A stretch of DNA of 64,000 nucleotides from Octopus sinensis (GCF_006345805.1 NC_042997.1:105400001-105464000), one strand, 5' to 3'. Counted from the first letter of the stretch, positions 23,923-37,255 are shown. Program-made: numbers and translations. Notes: generated from the sequence alone by a model not told the origin.

Positions 23923-26900
23923 AATAATGATGATGATGTACAACAGATTAACGACTTTCGGTAGGAAATGCAACACATTTTACTTTACAAAGTCACAAGC
24001 AAAATATCCATTTGACATTTTACATTTGTATCAGCATTGTCATATAAGCATGTATATGTGTAAAATCTTTCCTTTATCCATGAATGAAAAGCCATGAATG
24101 GAGTCGGGTATATTTCATACACATTTCTTCGCTATTTCTTATAATGTATTTGCGCATCAGTTCATTTTCTCACTTGCCAAATTATATCCAAGAGAATGTC
24201 TGTTAGACGCAGAACAGATGTAACAAATCTGCGTATTTCGTCACTAGATTAATTATGCAAACCGTAACAAGCCTCAACGCTTTCTGGCGTTATAATAGTT
24301 GTAAAGGCAATTCGCTAGTGGTTAAAGCAATGTTGACTAGGAATTTGATTAACAAGATAATTAGCAATGAGTAGGCAGTAAACATCTAGACAGGTTTGTA
24401 CTTGCTGCAGTATTACGAAAACTAGAAAAAGTTAATCACATAATGGTTGAATGCTGTAGTGGAGATGTTGGGGAAGAATATAAGAGGTGTCGACATTTCT
24501 CATTCCATCTATCACGTTGCTTTGAGTTATGTTCAACAATTTACTGCTCCTCACAAGTGAAAACGGGTATGGTGTCGTATATACATTTACTAGTGAGTAT
24601 GACGCGATATCAATCTCCAGTTGTATTATCTAATTACTCTGAGAAAGACATGAAATTCACAGACCTGTCCAAAAGTAGGAGACCTTTGCAACTAGTGAAA
24701 AGTAAAGTACTATATTTTCTATTATCCTGATCTAGACAGTAAGGAACGGGGGCCACTTGCTATGAAACAGAGAGTTGTCATTTGTTACTAAAGCTTCCAT
24801 TACAAGGAGTAACTAAATTACCTTTCATTCGGTCGGTTCAAGTACCATTTATTATCATTAGCTATTATACTTCTCCAGTCATTAGAGTATGGCCATGCTG
24901 GAGTAGCACCTTGTAGAGTTAGTCAAGCAACACGATGGCCCCAGTACATATTTTAAGTATAGTGCTTCTTCTATCGGCCTCTCTTGATGAGTAACTAGGT
25001 TACAGCTAAACTAGAACCGGTAGTCAAGTGGTAAAGAAATAGACACAAAGATACACATACACATATAATTATATATATTACGGGGTGGGCAGGTGGCACT
25101 GCGAGCTGATCTGGATATATTTACCCCATTTGTCTATAGTAAGAAGCTTTCTCCATGACAAAACACAGTGAATGGCTTGTTTATGAGTTCGAACCTGCCA
25201 CTGGCATATTCGAACTGCCAATAACATTGCATTTATACACATCACTGCTTAACGCTTCCACACCGTAATTTAATTACGAAGAGCCGTCGATTTGCACTAC
25301 CAGCCGACGTATGTTGACTGGAATAACATAAGAGAGATTGTCTCTTTTATCAGCTTGCAGATACATCATACGGTTTCTGTGACTGAAGAGATAACCATTC
25401 CAGAATGCTTGCATCTCATAGTCTGGATAGATGGCGCTGTGAACTGATTTATATATATTTATACTATTTGTCTACAACGAGAAATTTTCTCCATGACAAA
25501 ACGCAGTGAATGGCTTGTTTACAAGTCCGAACGTGTCTCTAGCATATTCGAACTGGTAATAACATTGCAATTACATATATATATATATATATATATATAT
25601 TGTGTATATGTATGTGTACAATACATCGTGTAATCGTTGACAACTGGAATGAATATTGTAATCGCCTTCAACAATTTTTCTTACTCCAATTTACAAAAGC
25701 TGCAGATGTAAATCCATTCAATGACCAAATTAAAAGACAAAATTTTTATTGAATATTAGTTTAATAATAACATTGCATTAATTTTGCAAATATACCGCAA
25801 ATAATATACATTTTTTCAAACTTAGAAATGAAATAGGTAATGATGATGAGAGCCGACATCTCCTTCGGATCGAACGACAGCTTTTAAATATTACAGTATA
25901 GCCAAAATGAAATAAGCAACTACGACATGGTACAATATATGAGGTGTCTGAAATCGATGCCAACATGTATCTGATCCAATATTTACGATCGGGTTAACGG
26001 AAATTAATGGCATTAGAACTTGAAATATTACCGCCTATGAATATACTCCTCGTGGTTGAGTCTATTCTTCATAAATATGATCTCTGGCCGTAGTCTATAG
26101 CATATATCGTCGATAAAGCAGGAAACATGATATATTCTATATTCAAGTAGTTTTTCGTTATAACCCAGCAGCTTGTTGATGGTTATAAGGAAGCTGTTAT
26201 TTCAATTTCACGCTGCCATCAACTTATTTTGTTGGGATTCTTTGAGAATGGAATTTAAATTTCATAAGAAAACTTTGAGCGCAATAGTAAATATTTTCCT
26301 GGCTATCTCTACTTTCATTAGGTTGAGCAACTATGAGTTGGTGATCAGAAAATGTTATATTAATGTTTGCAAAGTCATTCGTCCACTGCAGTAAAACATT
26401 TGTGTTATATAGCATGACATATTAGAAATGAGAAATACTTCGAAGCTGACTATAGTTTCAAAACATTAAGTCAGTGAAAAAACCTATTTAGTCGTGTTTT
26501 GCTGATGACTGAAAGAGATTCGAAACAGAAAACATAAAGCTGCATCACTAGTTTGCTGATGTCGGGTTTACTTACAATGTATCACATACCACATGTTTGA
26601 TGTATTACATTTGAATTAATCAAAGTAAAAGCAAAAATATGTTAAAAATAAAATTTAAATGTAGAAAGTTGTTATTTTTTTATTCGTTATTTTATTTCAT
26701 TTTTGTTTCCTTCCAAGTCGGAAGCTGTAGATTTAAATTCTTTACAGCCGCACGAAGCTATAAAAATGGATGATATTTTTTTTTCTTTTCAAAGCAGTGA
26801 AACTTCCTCGCTATGCTGTTTCAGAAATCTGTATTTAGGTTATCAAAGAAATCTTAAATTACTCGCATGTGTACTTTATAGTTCCCTTGAGTAAACTAGG

Positions 26901-27236
26901 GATTTAAGCGCACGATTAATATTTTGCAAATGTTAGTACAACTCATTTATTTAATCTTTTGTTGATCAAATATAATACCTCTCTAGTCGATAGAGTTACA
27001 CCTAGCATGTATACAAAGAAATATGGATGTACAATGATGTATAAAAGTGGCCTAACATTAAAGTTACTCGTTTACACCCTTTCCGTTGACAGCATAGGAA
27101 ATTCAAGCAAATTTGGTTTGAAAACAAATTTTAACAACAATAGCAACAAGAAAAAAAGATGTCGACTTCTTGCTTGGGCTCATTATTAGCCTTGAATCCT
27201 TATTCACATGTGAACGTCCTAGAATAAATAAATACA

Positions 27237-27275
<39 letters not shown>

Positions 27276-29593
27276 ATATTAAATGTTCCTATTTTAGGTT
27301 TTGTTAAACATATTATCAAGTGTTTCGAAACATAAAACAAAATCGTAAAGAAAATATATGCTAGTGTCGGAATTGAATTAAATATAATGAAACTGCCAAG
27401 GGACTATAAGGATTCTAATGTTTTCTCAATCTGCCTTTTAGTTTTTTGTGTAAAGAAAGGAAGTGAAAGAAGAATAAAAATGTGCAAATTAGCAAATGAA
27501 AAAGAACATAGTTATAATACGCTTTCTTGCAGTCAAGCATATTAGTAAAGTGTGTGTGTGTACATATATATATTCGTCTGTACATCTATTAGTATGTATA
27601 TTTGTAATTTACTTATCAACCGAGATATATAGTATTTCACTATGTATGTATGAATATAAGTATGTATGTTATTTAGAAACCTTATGGTTTAACTTAATTA
27701 CTTTCGTTGAAAAATGGAAATAAAGTCGTAAAGTATTCCCTTTGAGCATTTCCGCCACGTGTGGGCAAATCTTTTGTCAGTTGTAAATCGAGATATAAAG
27801 AAGTTTAGATTGGTTGATAAAGAAAAATTACAGAAATGTGTAAGTGCCTACATGTATGTGTATGCGTGCATATATGAATATATATATATATATATATATC
27901 TGTGTCTGTGTGTTTATATTATGTATGTATAGTTACAAAGTATTAGTACTTCTTACAAACATCAAGATAAAAATGAAAACAATATTGCTTCCTGTTGATT
28001 ATAGTCGATAATTTTCCTGGCAAAGATATTTGTATGAGGCGTCAACAGTTGTATGTAACATGCATGTAAAGCCCACCGCGGTTGACCTTTCTCGATGAAA
28101 TTAGCACTAATCAAATACTATAGTCATTGTAATCGACTATTCTCTTCTCCAGATTGTCAGCCCTTGTGCTTATATAGCAAGCTCACCACTACATAAGCAT
28201 GAGAGCACACAATGTATTTGATTATGAATAAGTAGCGTCATGATTTAGCACTTCAGAAAGAAAATTTTCTTTTCAAAGTTTTGAAGACTTCTGAATAACA
28301 TTGACATACATATATGGCGGATTGGCAAAGTTTGAAAATATATGAAAGTCTTAGATTCATGCCACGTATTCTCTTGAAATTATTACAAACGCAACTATTT
28401 GTGCGTAGCAGTACTTCCTTCGTTTAACTGACCTACAACAACAAAAATCATCCGTTATAATAAATCTTTTACAAATATAGTAATGTTCAGTAATGGCTGC
28501 ACATATACAAACTTTGTATCTCTCTCTCTTTCTCTCTCTCTTCCACCCCCTCGTATACTCTCTGTGAATACGTGTGCGTTTATATGTGTACGTGTTAGTG
28601 TGGGAAGTTATGTGCGTTGCACCCACTGCAAATATTGGCCTAAAATAAATAGTTTTTGAACTTGGCTGCTTTCTGTCAATCTTGATATATAGCCACAGAC
28701 ATTCCTGTCTGCTACACATTACAATATCATACAACTAACACATTCTTGCAACTAAATAAACCAGTTAGAGTGAAAATACATTTGTCGCTTTTACAGTCTG
28801 ACAGTTAGTTATTCTATCTAATTAACCCAGAGTAAATTCAAAGTAAATTACATTTGTTTTCGCTGATTGCCTGGTGTTAAGAAATAATGTTGTGTCTTTC
28901 AGATTTATTTACTGTCTTATTTTCTACAAATACATTTATCTACACCTTTGTTTTACTGGATGTACTTACTCTAGGTGACAATCTGTAACAGGAAGATATA
29001 TGTTTATATGGTTAGAAGTGTGATACATATAATAGGTGAGACCTATTCTCAAAGGCTGATGAAACTGTCTGGTCCATTCAACTCACTCGACAATCCCTCA
29101 TCACCATATAAATATCAACATCGGTTTCTTTTGACTAGACAGGCCATTTCTTGCTGGAGAATGCGATTTGTGGTGCTGAATTAACACCACGTATTTTACA
29201 GACCGTAACACAAGACACAGCACAAATAAGATTGTAGTTCAAAAAATAGTGAAGTTATTCAAGTTTGTCATTCTCAACCTTTAGTAACTCAACGCTAAAC
29301 TTGACTAAATGGCATTTTCCTAACTCACCATAACTATATTCTCTAAATCGAATGTGGAGATTAGTGAAGAATACAAGAACTTACATTGTGAAATTGTATT
29401 AGATCCTGGCATGTTATCAGTCATATTTCAGCTTACCGAAAACTGTCCTACAACGGTCTCAACGACATTTATTTCTTTTTGTGAAAATGCTCTTAAAATA
29501 TTAATATTGGAATTTGTTTATATATTTTATTTATAAGAAAGAGTAAGACTCCTCGAAGCACCACCTTCCGCATCCTAAATCGATCCCTTACCA

Positions 29594-29939
29594 CAGTGGT
29601 TCTCAACCGGTGTCCACATGGCCCCTGGATCCATACAAGATTTTGGAGGGTCCACACAACAAAAGAATAAATTGGGAATATATAATGATATTTTAAGGGG
29701 CCATAGTGAACTTTTGCTTTAGATATATGTATTGGTATGTATTGAAAGAAACAGCTCATTTTCTTTCTCTAACATTTTATGTAGTCCAACCTACAGAAGT
29801 TAATGTGTAAAAAACAAAATAGGAATTTTGAAAGACGTTTCTCTGAATCTGTTTAAATAACGAGTGGCTGTGGGGTCCGCCAGGATAAAATATTAATCAA
29901 AGGAGTCCATAGATAAAAAGAATCGTTGATAACCCCCAG
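29594..29939. mobile_element. hAT (Charlie-like) MITE
   Basis: Left TIR cagtggttctcaacc; degenerate right TIR cgttgataacccccag; 8 bp flanks ccttacca / ccttaaga. Confidence 0.65.
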
Positions 29940-30456
29940 CCTTAAGATTTGCTATCTCCTTCTGAGATCATAGCGCCATCATTGGGACACAACTGCTAGT
30001 CTAAGAATCCCTGCAGTACATTGTACATCTACGTACTACTTAACTCATCAACTACTTCAGAAATTTAAGTCACCTATGACGGTCTTACAAAAGCCAAAAC
30101 ATTTACAGAGAGTTGTCTCCCTTACTATTTATTCATTTGATATTATTTTCGTTACACAGCATTATTATTTCCACTTAGCTCTCTGAAACTCATAAGATTA
30201 CGTATATTTAAAATAAAATAGAAATGATTTTATCTTCTTTCGGCGCCCTGTTGTTACGTAATAGTCATTTCAAATATTTCCCACAACGTCAGAAACTTGA
30301 AAGAGAAGTATAGTGATTAAAAAGATCATAGTACCTTAATATTACTTAGTCTAATGACACCGTGAGACGGAAGAAAGCACTGATCTCAGCGACATTTGAG
30401 CTCGGGGTTTGAAAGGGCGTAACAATAGAAGGCATATTATACTTCACTCTGGTGAA

Positions 30457-30785
30457 GGCGCATGGCTCAGTGGTGAGAGCGTCGGCATCACTATGATGAG
30501 GTAGTGAGTTCGATTCTAGGACCGTGATGTGAGTTGTGTTTTTGAGCAAGACACTTTATTTCACGTTGCTCCAGCCGTAGGAATGAGTTGTGATGTTACT
30601 GGTACTAAGCTATATCGGTCTTTACCTTTCCCTTGGATAACATTGTTGGCGTGGCGTGGAGGGGGAGAGGATGGTATGCATGGGTGACTGCTGATTTTTT
30701 CATATACAACCTTGTCTGCACTTGTGCCATGGAGGGGAATTTGTTGGTGCAATCCCATGGTCATTCATGGTCGAAGTGGGTCTTT
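30457..30785 (+). mobile_element. tRNA-derived SINE, family C (CORE-like tgtg..ttgagcaagacacttt)
   Basis: A box TGGCTCAGTGG, B box GAGTTCGATTC; homologous to 55145-55480. Confidence 0.85.
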
Positions 30786-30842
30786 ACTATTACACTATAG
30801 ATACTGATACTGCCAATCCACACTTCCAGAGTTATAGAATAA

Positions 30843-31035
30843 TCATCCTTTCTACCGTAGGGACAAGGTGTGAAATTTGTTAGGGGCAGCAAGGTGATTT
30901 CATAGACTGGTACTTATTTAGTCAACGCCAAAAGAATAAAAGGCTAAGGCAACTATGGATGTTGTTGTACTCAGAAAATATAGACGGACGAAATGTCGTT
31001 AATCCTTTTTCCAGCGTACTGACGATTCTCACAGG
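30843..31035 (-). mobile_element. Degenerate SINE family A
   Basis: cctttctaccgtagggacaagg, actggtacttattt and gacggacgaaatg remnants. Confidence 0.6.
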
Positions 31036-31147
31036 TCACTACACTCGTAGAGTAATAATGTCGTATCTTTTATTCCTATTCTACTTGATTTTTTAATATA
31101 AACAGCCATGTGCAATGTGTTACCAAAAACGAAAACTGTAATTGTCG

Positions 31148-31503
31148 CTAAATATGACTAGGATGTTAGAACACATACATTGCTAGAAATAAGAGCTAAA
31201 AATCTCCAATACTCTAGTTAAATCATAATGATATACATAAGTCCTGATAGGGACTGTAATCGCCAAAGCGTACTGACTGAGAATTAAGTACGGAATCAGC
31301 CGAATCGAGCGGTCCCTACTGATGAGGCTATGGAATTACCGAAACTGACCGACCAGTTTAGGGTATTCTCGGCCGGCGTTTTCAGACGATTAAAGTCCCT
31401 GTCAGAACATATCTATGCAATTATGTACCTTCAATACAGCATTAAAGCTTTTTAGCTCTTATTTCTAGAAATATAGGTGTTCTAACACCCTGGTCATATT
31501 TAG
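31148..31503. repeat. ~355 bp imperfect foldback with a hammerhead at its centre
   Basis: 31148-31203 pairs with 31449-31503 (ctaaatatgac..gtgttagaac..ctagaaataagagctaaaaa). gggactgtaatcg (31250) pairs with cgattaaagtccc (31387). The intervening arms also pair imperfectly. Confidence 0.75.
31314..31363 (+). ncRNA. Minimal type I hammerhead ribozyme (candidate)
   Basis: CCCTA CTGATGA GGCTA-TGGAAT-TACC GAAA CTG-ACCGAC-CAG TT TAGGG. Both conserved core strands are intact, stem I has 5 bp, stem III closes, and the predicted GUU cleavage is after 31358. Confidence 0.75.
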
Positions 31504-31652
31504 TTTTTCCTTTTTGGTAACACATTTCAGACGGCTGTCAATATTAATTTTTCGTATACACATTAACGATTCGCTAAATTATCCATAGATTTTATGATGA
31601 ATACATATGTACAGCCGGAGAAATAAGTCCAGAATCAGCCGAATCGAGCGGT

Positions 31653-31701
31653 CCCTACTCATGAGGCTACGGAATTAGCTAAAATTGGCCGATCAGTATA
31701 G
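31653..31701 (+). ncRNA. Degenerate second hammerhead copy, 339 nt downstream of the first
   Basis: CCCTA CTCATGA GGCTA-CGGAAT-TAGCT AAAA TTG-GCCGAT-CAG TA TAG; the upstream gaatcagccgaatcgagcggt is identical in both copies. Confidence 0.55.
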
Positions 31702-31745
31702 TAAATTTCGACCATTGTTTACATGCGATTACAGTCCCAGTAAAG

Positions 31746-31794
<49 letters not shown>

Positions 31795-31809
31795 ATATTA
31801 TATATATAT

Positions 31810-31854
<45 letters not shown>

Positions 31855-31865
31855 TATATATATAT

Positions 31866-32135
31866 ACGTGGGTGTGTGATAAGAAGCTTTCTTCCCAACC
31901 ACATGGTTCTGGGTTCAGTTCCACTGCGTGGCACCTTGCGCGAGTGCCTTCTACTATAGCTTCGGAAGACCGTGGTATATATATATATATATATATATAT
32001 ATCTGTGTGTGTGTGTGCGTGTGTGCGTGTGTTTATGTGCGTCTCTTTGTGTTTCTACCCCACTATCACCGCTTGACAACTGTTGTTGGTGTGTTTACCT
32101 TCCCGTAACTTGGCGTTTCGGCAAAATTTACCGAT
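31866..32135 (+). mobile_element. SINE family B, partial
   Basis: Head, gggttcagttccactgcgtggcaccttg and cgcttgacaac motifs. Confidence 0.8.
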
Positions 32136-32219
32136 AGCTCTCCTGTCAAACTATTTTTTCCAACCAGTCGCTATGATTTTTTATTCTCTCCCTGTTATAT
32201 GCATGTTTATTTCTTCATA

Positions 32220-32350
32220 TTTCTTTCTATTGAAGAGCGTAGGCTTAAAAGGTAACATACCTTCTCACATTCCCGAGCGTTAAACTAACACACCTGATTG
32301 TTGTTCATACACCTGTCCTCGTCTTTTGTTTTTCTGTAAATTTCAAGAAT
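32220..32350 (+). mobile_element. Short GAGC/GCTC hammerhead-family element (core decayed) ending in (TA)n
   Basis: ctattgaagagcgtaggctt..ccgagcgttaaactaa..; homologous to 44790-44948. Confidence 0.55.
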
Positions 32351-32355
32351 ATATA

Positions 32356-32405
<50 letters not shown>

Positions 32406-32443
32406 CAGAGAGAGTGAGAGAGAGAGAGGGAGAGAGAGAGAGT

Positions 32444-32520
<77 letters not shown>

Positions 32521-32524
32521 TACG

Positions 32525-33010
<486 letters not shown>

Positions 33011-33020
33011 TCTATATCTA

Positions 33021-33051
<31 letters not shown>

Positions 33052-33057
<6 letters not shown>

Positions 33058-33190
33058 ATCCAAACATGAAAGCACAAAAAACACAACAACGCGAGGACGC
33101 GGAACAAATATAGTATTATTGGATGCTCAGGAAAGAAGGAAAGAAGGAGGGTCTAACGTTTCGAGCGGAGCTCTTCGTCAGAAAGATCCA
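33052..33190 (-). mobile_element. Short hammerhead-bearing element ending in (TA)n
   Basis: Minus strand 33186-33151: TCTTT CTGACGA A GAGC-TCC-GCTC GAAA CGT T AGAC. The core is intact, stem III is the ACGT palindrome, and stem I is weak (3 bp). A pyrimidine-rich tail runs into (TA)n. Confidence 0.65.
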
Positions 33191-33329
33191 GAGAAGGGAA
33201 GACAGTGTAAAAAAAAAAAACCTCAACGGTACACACGCGGTCACATTTTGAATGACCGGAAGGAAATGGGTGAAGAAAAGTTCTTTCAAAGACAAGAGAG
33301 TGCAAGAGGAGGTATGTGTATGTAAATGT

Positions 33330-34300
33330 GGATATGTGCGTGCGCGAAGGTCTGCGTGTGCATGTGTATATGTGTGTATGTGTGCAATGATAACACGTGT
33401 GTTTGTGTGTGTGTGTGTGTATGTGTGTGTGGTTGTGGCTGTTAATCTTTGCGTGTTGTAGGGCTTAGTATTGTTTAAGGTCAAGAAAAAAGGAACTGGT
33501 TGTGGGTTTTTTTGTCTCTACCCCAGATCAGTAGTTGGTACTGCTAGTTTGAAGGATGTGTGTGTGTGTGCGTGTATGTATATGTATCGTGTGTGTGTTT
33601 TGTTTGTAGTGTGTGTGTGTGTGTATGCGTAGAGTTTGGGTGTGTGGCGAATAACTGTGCTTTGCTTAGCGTATGTATGCGTGCGCGCATGTACGTGTGT
33701 ACACATGTATGTATAATTGTGTGCGTGTATGTATAATTGTGTGCCGTGTGTATGGGATGTATGTGTGGGTTCATTTGTGTGTGTGTATGTATGTGCGTTC
33801 GTGTCGTATGTGCGTGCGTGTCGTATGTGCGTGCGTATCGTATGTGCGTGCGTGTCTTATGTGCGTGTAGTTGTGTGTGCGTGTACGTGTGCGTTTTTGT
33901 GTGTATGTAAGCGTATATGCGTGTATATACGTGTATCCGTGGGGTTGTGAGTGTTGGGTGTGTGCATTCGTGTGCGTGTGTGCGTGCGTATGCGTGCGTG
34001 TGTCTGTGTCTGTGTCTATATGTGTATACGTATGTGTATGTGTGTGTGCGAGTGTAGGCATATATTGTGTCTATGTATATGTATCGGTGTGTATGTGAAT
34101 TTATGTATGCGTGTGTGTGGTTTTTTTAGAGTTGTGTGGGCGTAATGTGCGTGTGTGTGCTTGTGTGCTTGTGTGCGCTTACCTGCGTGTATGTGCGTGT
34201 GTGTCTGTGCCCATGTGTGTATAAGTGTGTGCGTATCTGTATAAGTATTGTTTGTTGGAGGTATATGTGGGCATCTGTGCTGGTGTGTGTGTATATATAC
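33330..34300. repeat. ~1 kb cryptic (TG)n-derived low-complexity tract
   Basis: Direct reading; the source of many V/C/M/Y-rich spurious ORFs. Confidence 0.9.
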
Positions 34301-34319
34301 ATATATATATATATATAAA

Positions 34320-34989
34320 TATATACTTATGTTTTGAGCTTTGTTGTTCTTATTTTACATCACCAAACACATACACACGCACTCGCGTGCGGGCACACAC
34401 ACATATACACACACACAGACATAAAACCAGCGTGATTAGTAGTGAGTGCCAACACTAGGAGCCAGTATCGCCATACGTACAACAATGTGTGCTTAGCTAG
34501 ATGAAGCTAATTTAGCTAAGCTCTTCATGAAAGTAATGTTAAAATAAGATTGAAATACATGTAATTTTCCTCACTAAGAGGCCGCTGAGGAAGCTAGAAT
34601 ATTTAACTTAATGTTAATATATTTAATATTAAATTTAATGTATTCAATTCCATCAGAACCTGAACATTAATTAGAAATATTTATGATATGAAAAAGTAAG
34701 GATATTTATTATCATTTTTCAACAGACTATAAAAGACCAAATTGCAACTTCACCATTTCAAATATCGAACCCAGTCCCGAATTATGTAGGATATATATGC
34801 CAGTTAATCAAAATGTATCAAAGGTTAATGAAAAAATGGTTATGTATTTCGCATTTCGATCACCTGGCTTACAGAAACTGTATGAAAGCCTGTCGTGTGT
34901 GTGTGTATATACATATACATAAACACACACACACATACACGAAGGGCTTTCATACAGTTTCTGTTAGCCAAAAGTCTGTCATAAGGCAT

Positions 34990-35029
<40 letters not shown>

Positions 35030-35699
35030 TTATGTTTTGAGCTTTGTTGTTCTTATTTTACATCACCAAACACATACACACGCACTCGCGTGCGGGCACA
35101 CACACATATACACACACACAGACATAAAACCAGCGTGATTAGTAGTGAGTGCCAACACTAGGAGCCAGTATCGCCATACGTACAACAATGTGTGCTTAGC
35201 TAGATGAAGCTAATTTAGCTAAGCTCTTCATGAAAGTAATGTTAAAATAAGATTGAAATACATGTAATTTTCCTCACTAAGAGGCCGCTGAGGAAGCTAG
35301 AATATTTAACTTAATGTTAATATATTTAATATTAAATTTAATGTATTCAATTCCATCAGAACCTGAACATTAATTAGAAATATTTATGATATGAAAAAGT
35401 AAGGATATTTATTATCATTTTTCAACAGACTATAAAAGACCAAATTGCAACTTCACCATTTCAAATATCGAACCCAGTCCCGAATTATGTAGGATATATA
35501 TGCCAGTTAATCAAAATGTATCAAAGGTTAATGAAAAAATGGTTATGTATTTCGCATTTCGATCACCTGGCTTACAGAAACTGTATGAAAGCCTGTCGTG
35601 TGTGTGTGTATATACATATACATAAACACACACACACATACACGAAGGGCTTTCATACAGTTTCTGTTAGCCAAAAGTCTGTCATAAGGCATTGGACGG

Positions 35700-35725
<26 letters not shown>
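34320..35725. repeat. Near-perfect 703 bp tandem duplication bounded by (TA)n
   Basis: cttatgttttgagc at 34326 and 35029; ggacgga at 34991 and 35694; ORFs 34813 and 35516 are identical up to their (TA)n-derived C-termini. Confidence 0.95.
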
Positions 35726-35736
<11 letters not shown>

Positions 35737-35742
<6 letters not shown>

Positions 35743-36545
35743 ATTAGGGCTTAGTAAAATAAATTACTTTGCCACATACTGAACTTAGTAGAAATAGCAG
35801 CCAAAAAAAATTTTCTTAGCATTTCTACTACTTAAAGAAAATTCTCTCAGATAATGTTACTCCAGACAGCCCACGAAGGTTTGGAGGTAAATACAGAAAA
35901 ATATCACAAGTACATAGATCGTTTGAGTACGTCAACGTTTCAAGATTAGCCAAATAAAATCAGCATTTCTATCGTCAGCTCAAATTTTCTTAATTTGGAT
36001 TTGGAAACACTAAAAAGAAGGAACTTTACCTATCAGCGAACTTATCGCTTCAGATGAACCACTCCAACTAACAGTGTCAACAAATTCAAAATGCGCAGGC
36101 GTAAATTTCTTCAATCCCCTTCCACCCACGTGGTCTATCTAGCAAACATTATATTTTAACCGCGAGAACCGAGGCAGTATGACCGAGAGAAATGAATTAT
36201 AATATCAACAATTGAGGGTAAAATTAATTAATTAATCAATTTCACCAAGTGTTCAGTATGTAAAAGGACCATTTAAGGTGAATTCAAAATTTTACATTAT
36301 ATAATTAGGGCTTAGTAAAATAAATTACTTTGCCACATACTGAACTTAGTAGAAATAGTAGCCAAAAAAAATTTTCTTAGCATTTCTACTACTTAAAGAA
36401 AATTTCTCTCAGATAATGTTTACTCCAGACAGCCCACGAAGGTTTGGAGGTAAATACAGAAAAATACAGATATTATAAGTAAATACAGTAAATATGAGTA
36501 AAAATACAGTAAATACAGATATTATAATTCATTTCTCTCGGTCAT
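35737..36545 (-). mobile_element. Pseudo-LTR-like repeat: ~562 bp unit, 165 bp direct repeat and short inverted end
   Basis: 35737-35903 repeats at 36299-36464; 36521-36545 is the reverse complement of 36178-36202; the unit contains a hammerhead and abuts (TA)n. Confidence 0.7.
35922..35984 (-). ncRNA. Type I hammerhead ribozyme (candidate)
   Basis: Minus strand: TTTGAG CTGACGA [30 nt stem II region] GAAA CGTTGACG TA CTCAAA. Stem I is a perfect 6 bp, stem III is CGT/ACG, the site is GUA, and stem II is imperfect. Confidence 0.7.
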
Positions 36546-36554
36546 ATATATATG

Positions 36555-36586
<32 letters not shown>

Positions 36587-36596
36587 TGTATGTATA

Positions 36597-36632
36597 CAGT
36601 GGTATCTCGGTTTACGAAGTCCTCTGATCACG
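36597..36632 (+). mobile_element. Possible single Tigger/pogo-like terminus
   Basis: TA followed by cagtggtatctcggtttacga; no partner end found. Confidence 0.35.
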
Positions 36633-36951
36633 CGTAAAACGTGCTTTATCTGTATATAGAAAAGGCAGGATGTGTGTGCGCGCGCGCGTGTGAATGTAAT
36701 TTATGCAGGTTCACAAATTAGCACGCATGTTGCTCCAATTTTAGGAGGACATTTGTTACGAACCTAGGTGTGTTTTCGTTAGCTTATTTTCCCCTGAGGC
36801 AGCAGCGAATAGCAATAAAAGTAACTTTTCAACCAAGACTTTTAACAATTTCCAAGTCGGAGAAATCACCATTGTTTACAAACAGTAGTTAAGTCCCCTT
36901 CGAGCGACGAAAATTTTTTTGTTGTTTTGGCAAAGCCAGGTTATACTCTTA

Positions 36952-36988
<37 letters not shown>

Positions 36989-36989
36989 A

Positions 36990-37084
<95 letters not shown>

Positions 37085-37255
37085 TTTGGCGTAACACCAC
37101 TTGACAACTGGTGTTGCTTTGTTTACGTTCCTATAATTGAGCATTTTAAAAAATGGCATAGGTACTAGGATCTATTTTATTCCACCTAAATCCTAGAAAG
37201 GTGGTGATCCAGCATGGCAACAGTCCAATGACTAAATCTTATAAAAGATAAAAGA
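37085..37255 (+). mobile_element. SINE family B, 3' half
   Basis: cacttgacaactggtgttgc...gtggtgatccagcatggcaacagtcc. Confidence 0.7.

Noticed and set aside
24443-26415. Short ORFs in unique-looking sequence as exons
   Set aside because: No motif, frequent stops in adjacent frames, and no consistent splice signals.
26505-26540. ctgatga...gaaac spacing resembling a hammerhead
   Set aside because: Stems II and III cannot pair and there is no matching stem I.
28975-29045. Possible small exon (ctag|GTGACA...ATAG|gtgag)
   Set aside because: Weak polypyrimidine tract and an uninformative peptide; expected by chance.
34490-34530. gcttagcta/tagctaagc palindrome containing ctagatgaagcta
   Set aside because: It resembles a hammerhead 5' half but lacks GAAA, stem III and UH.
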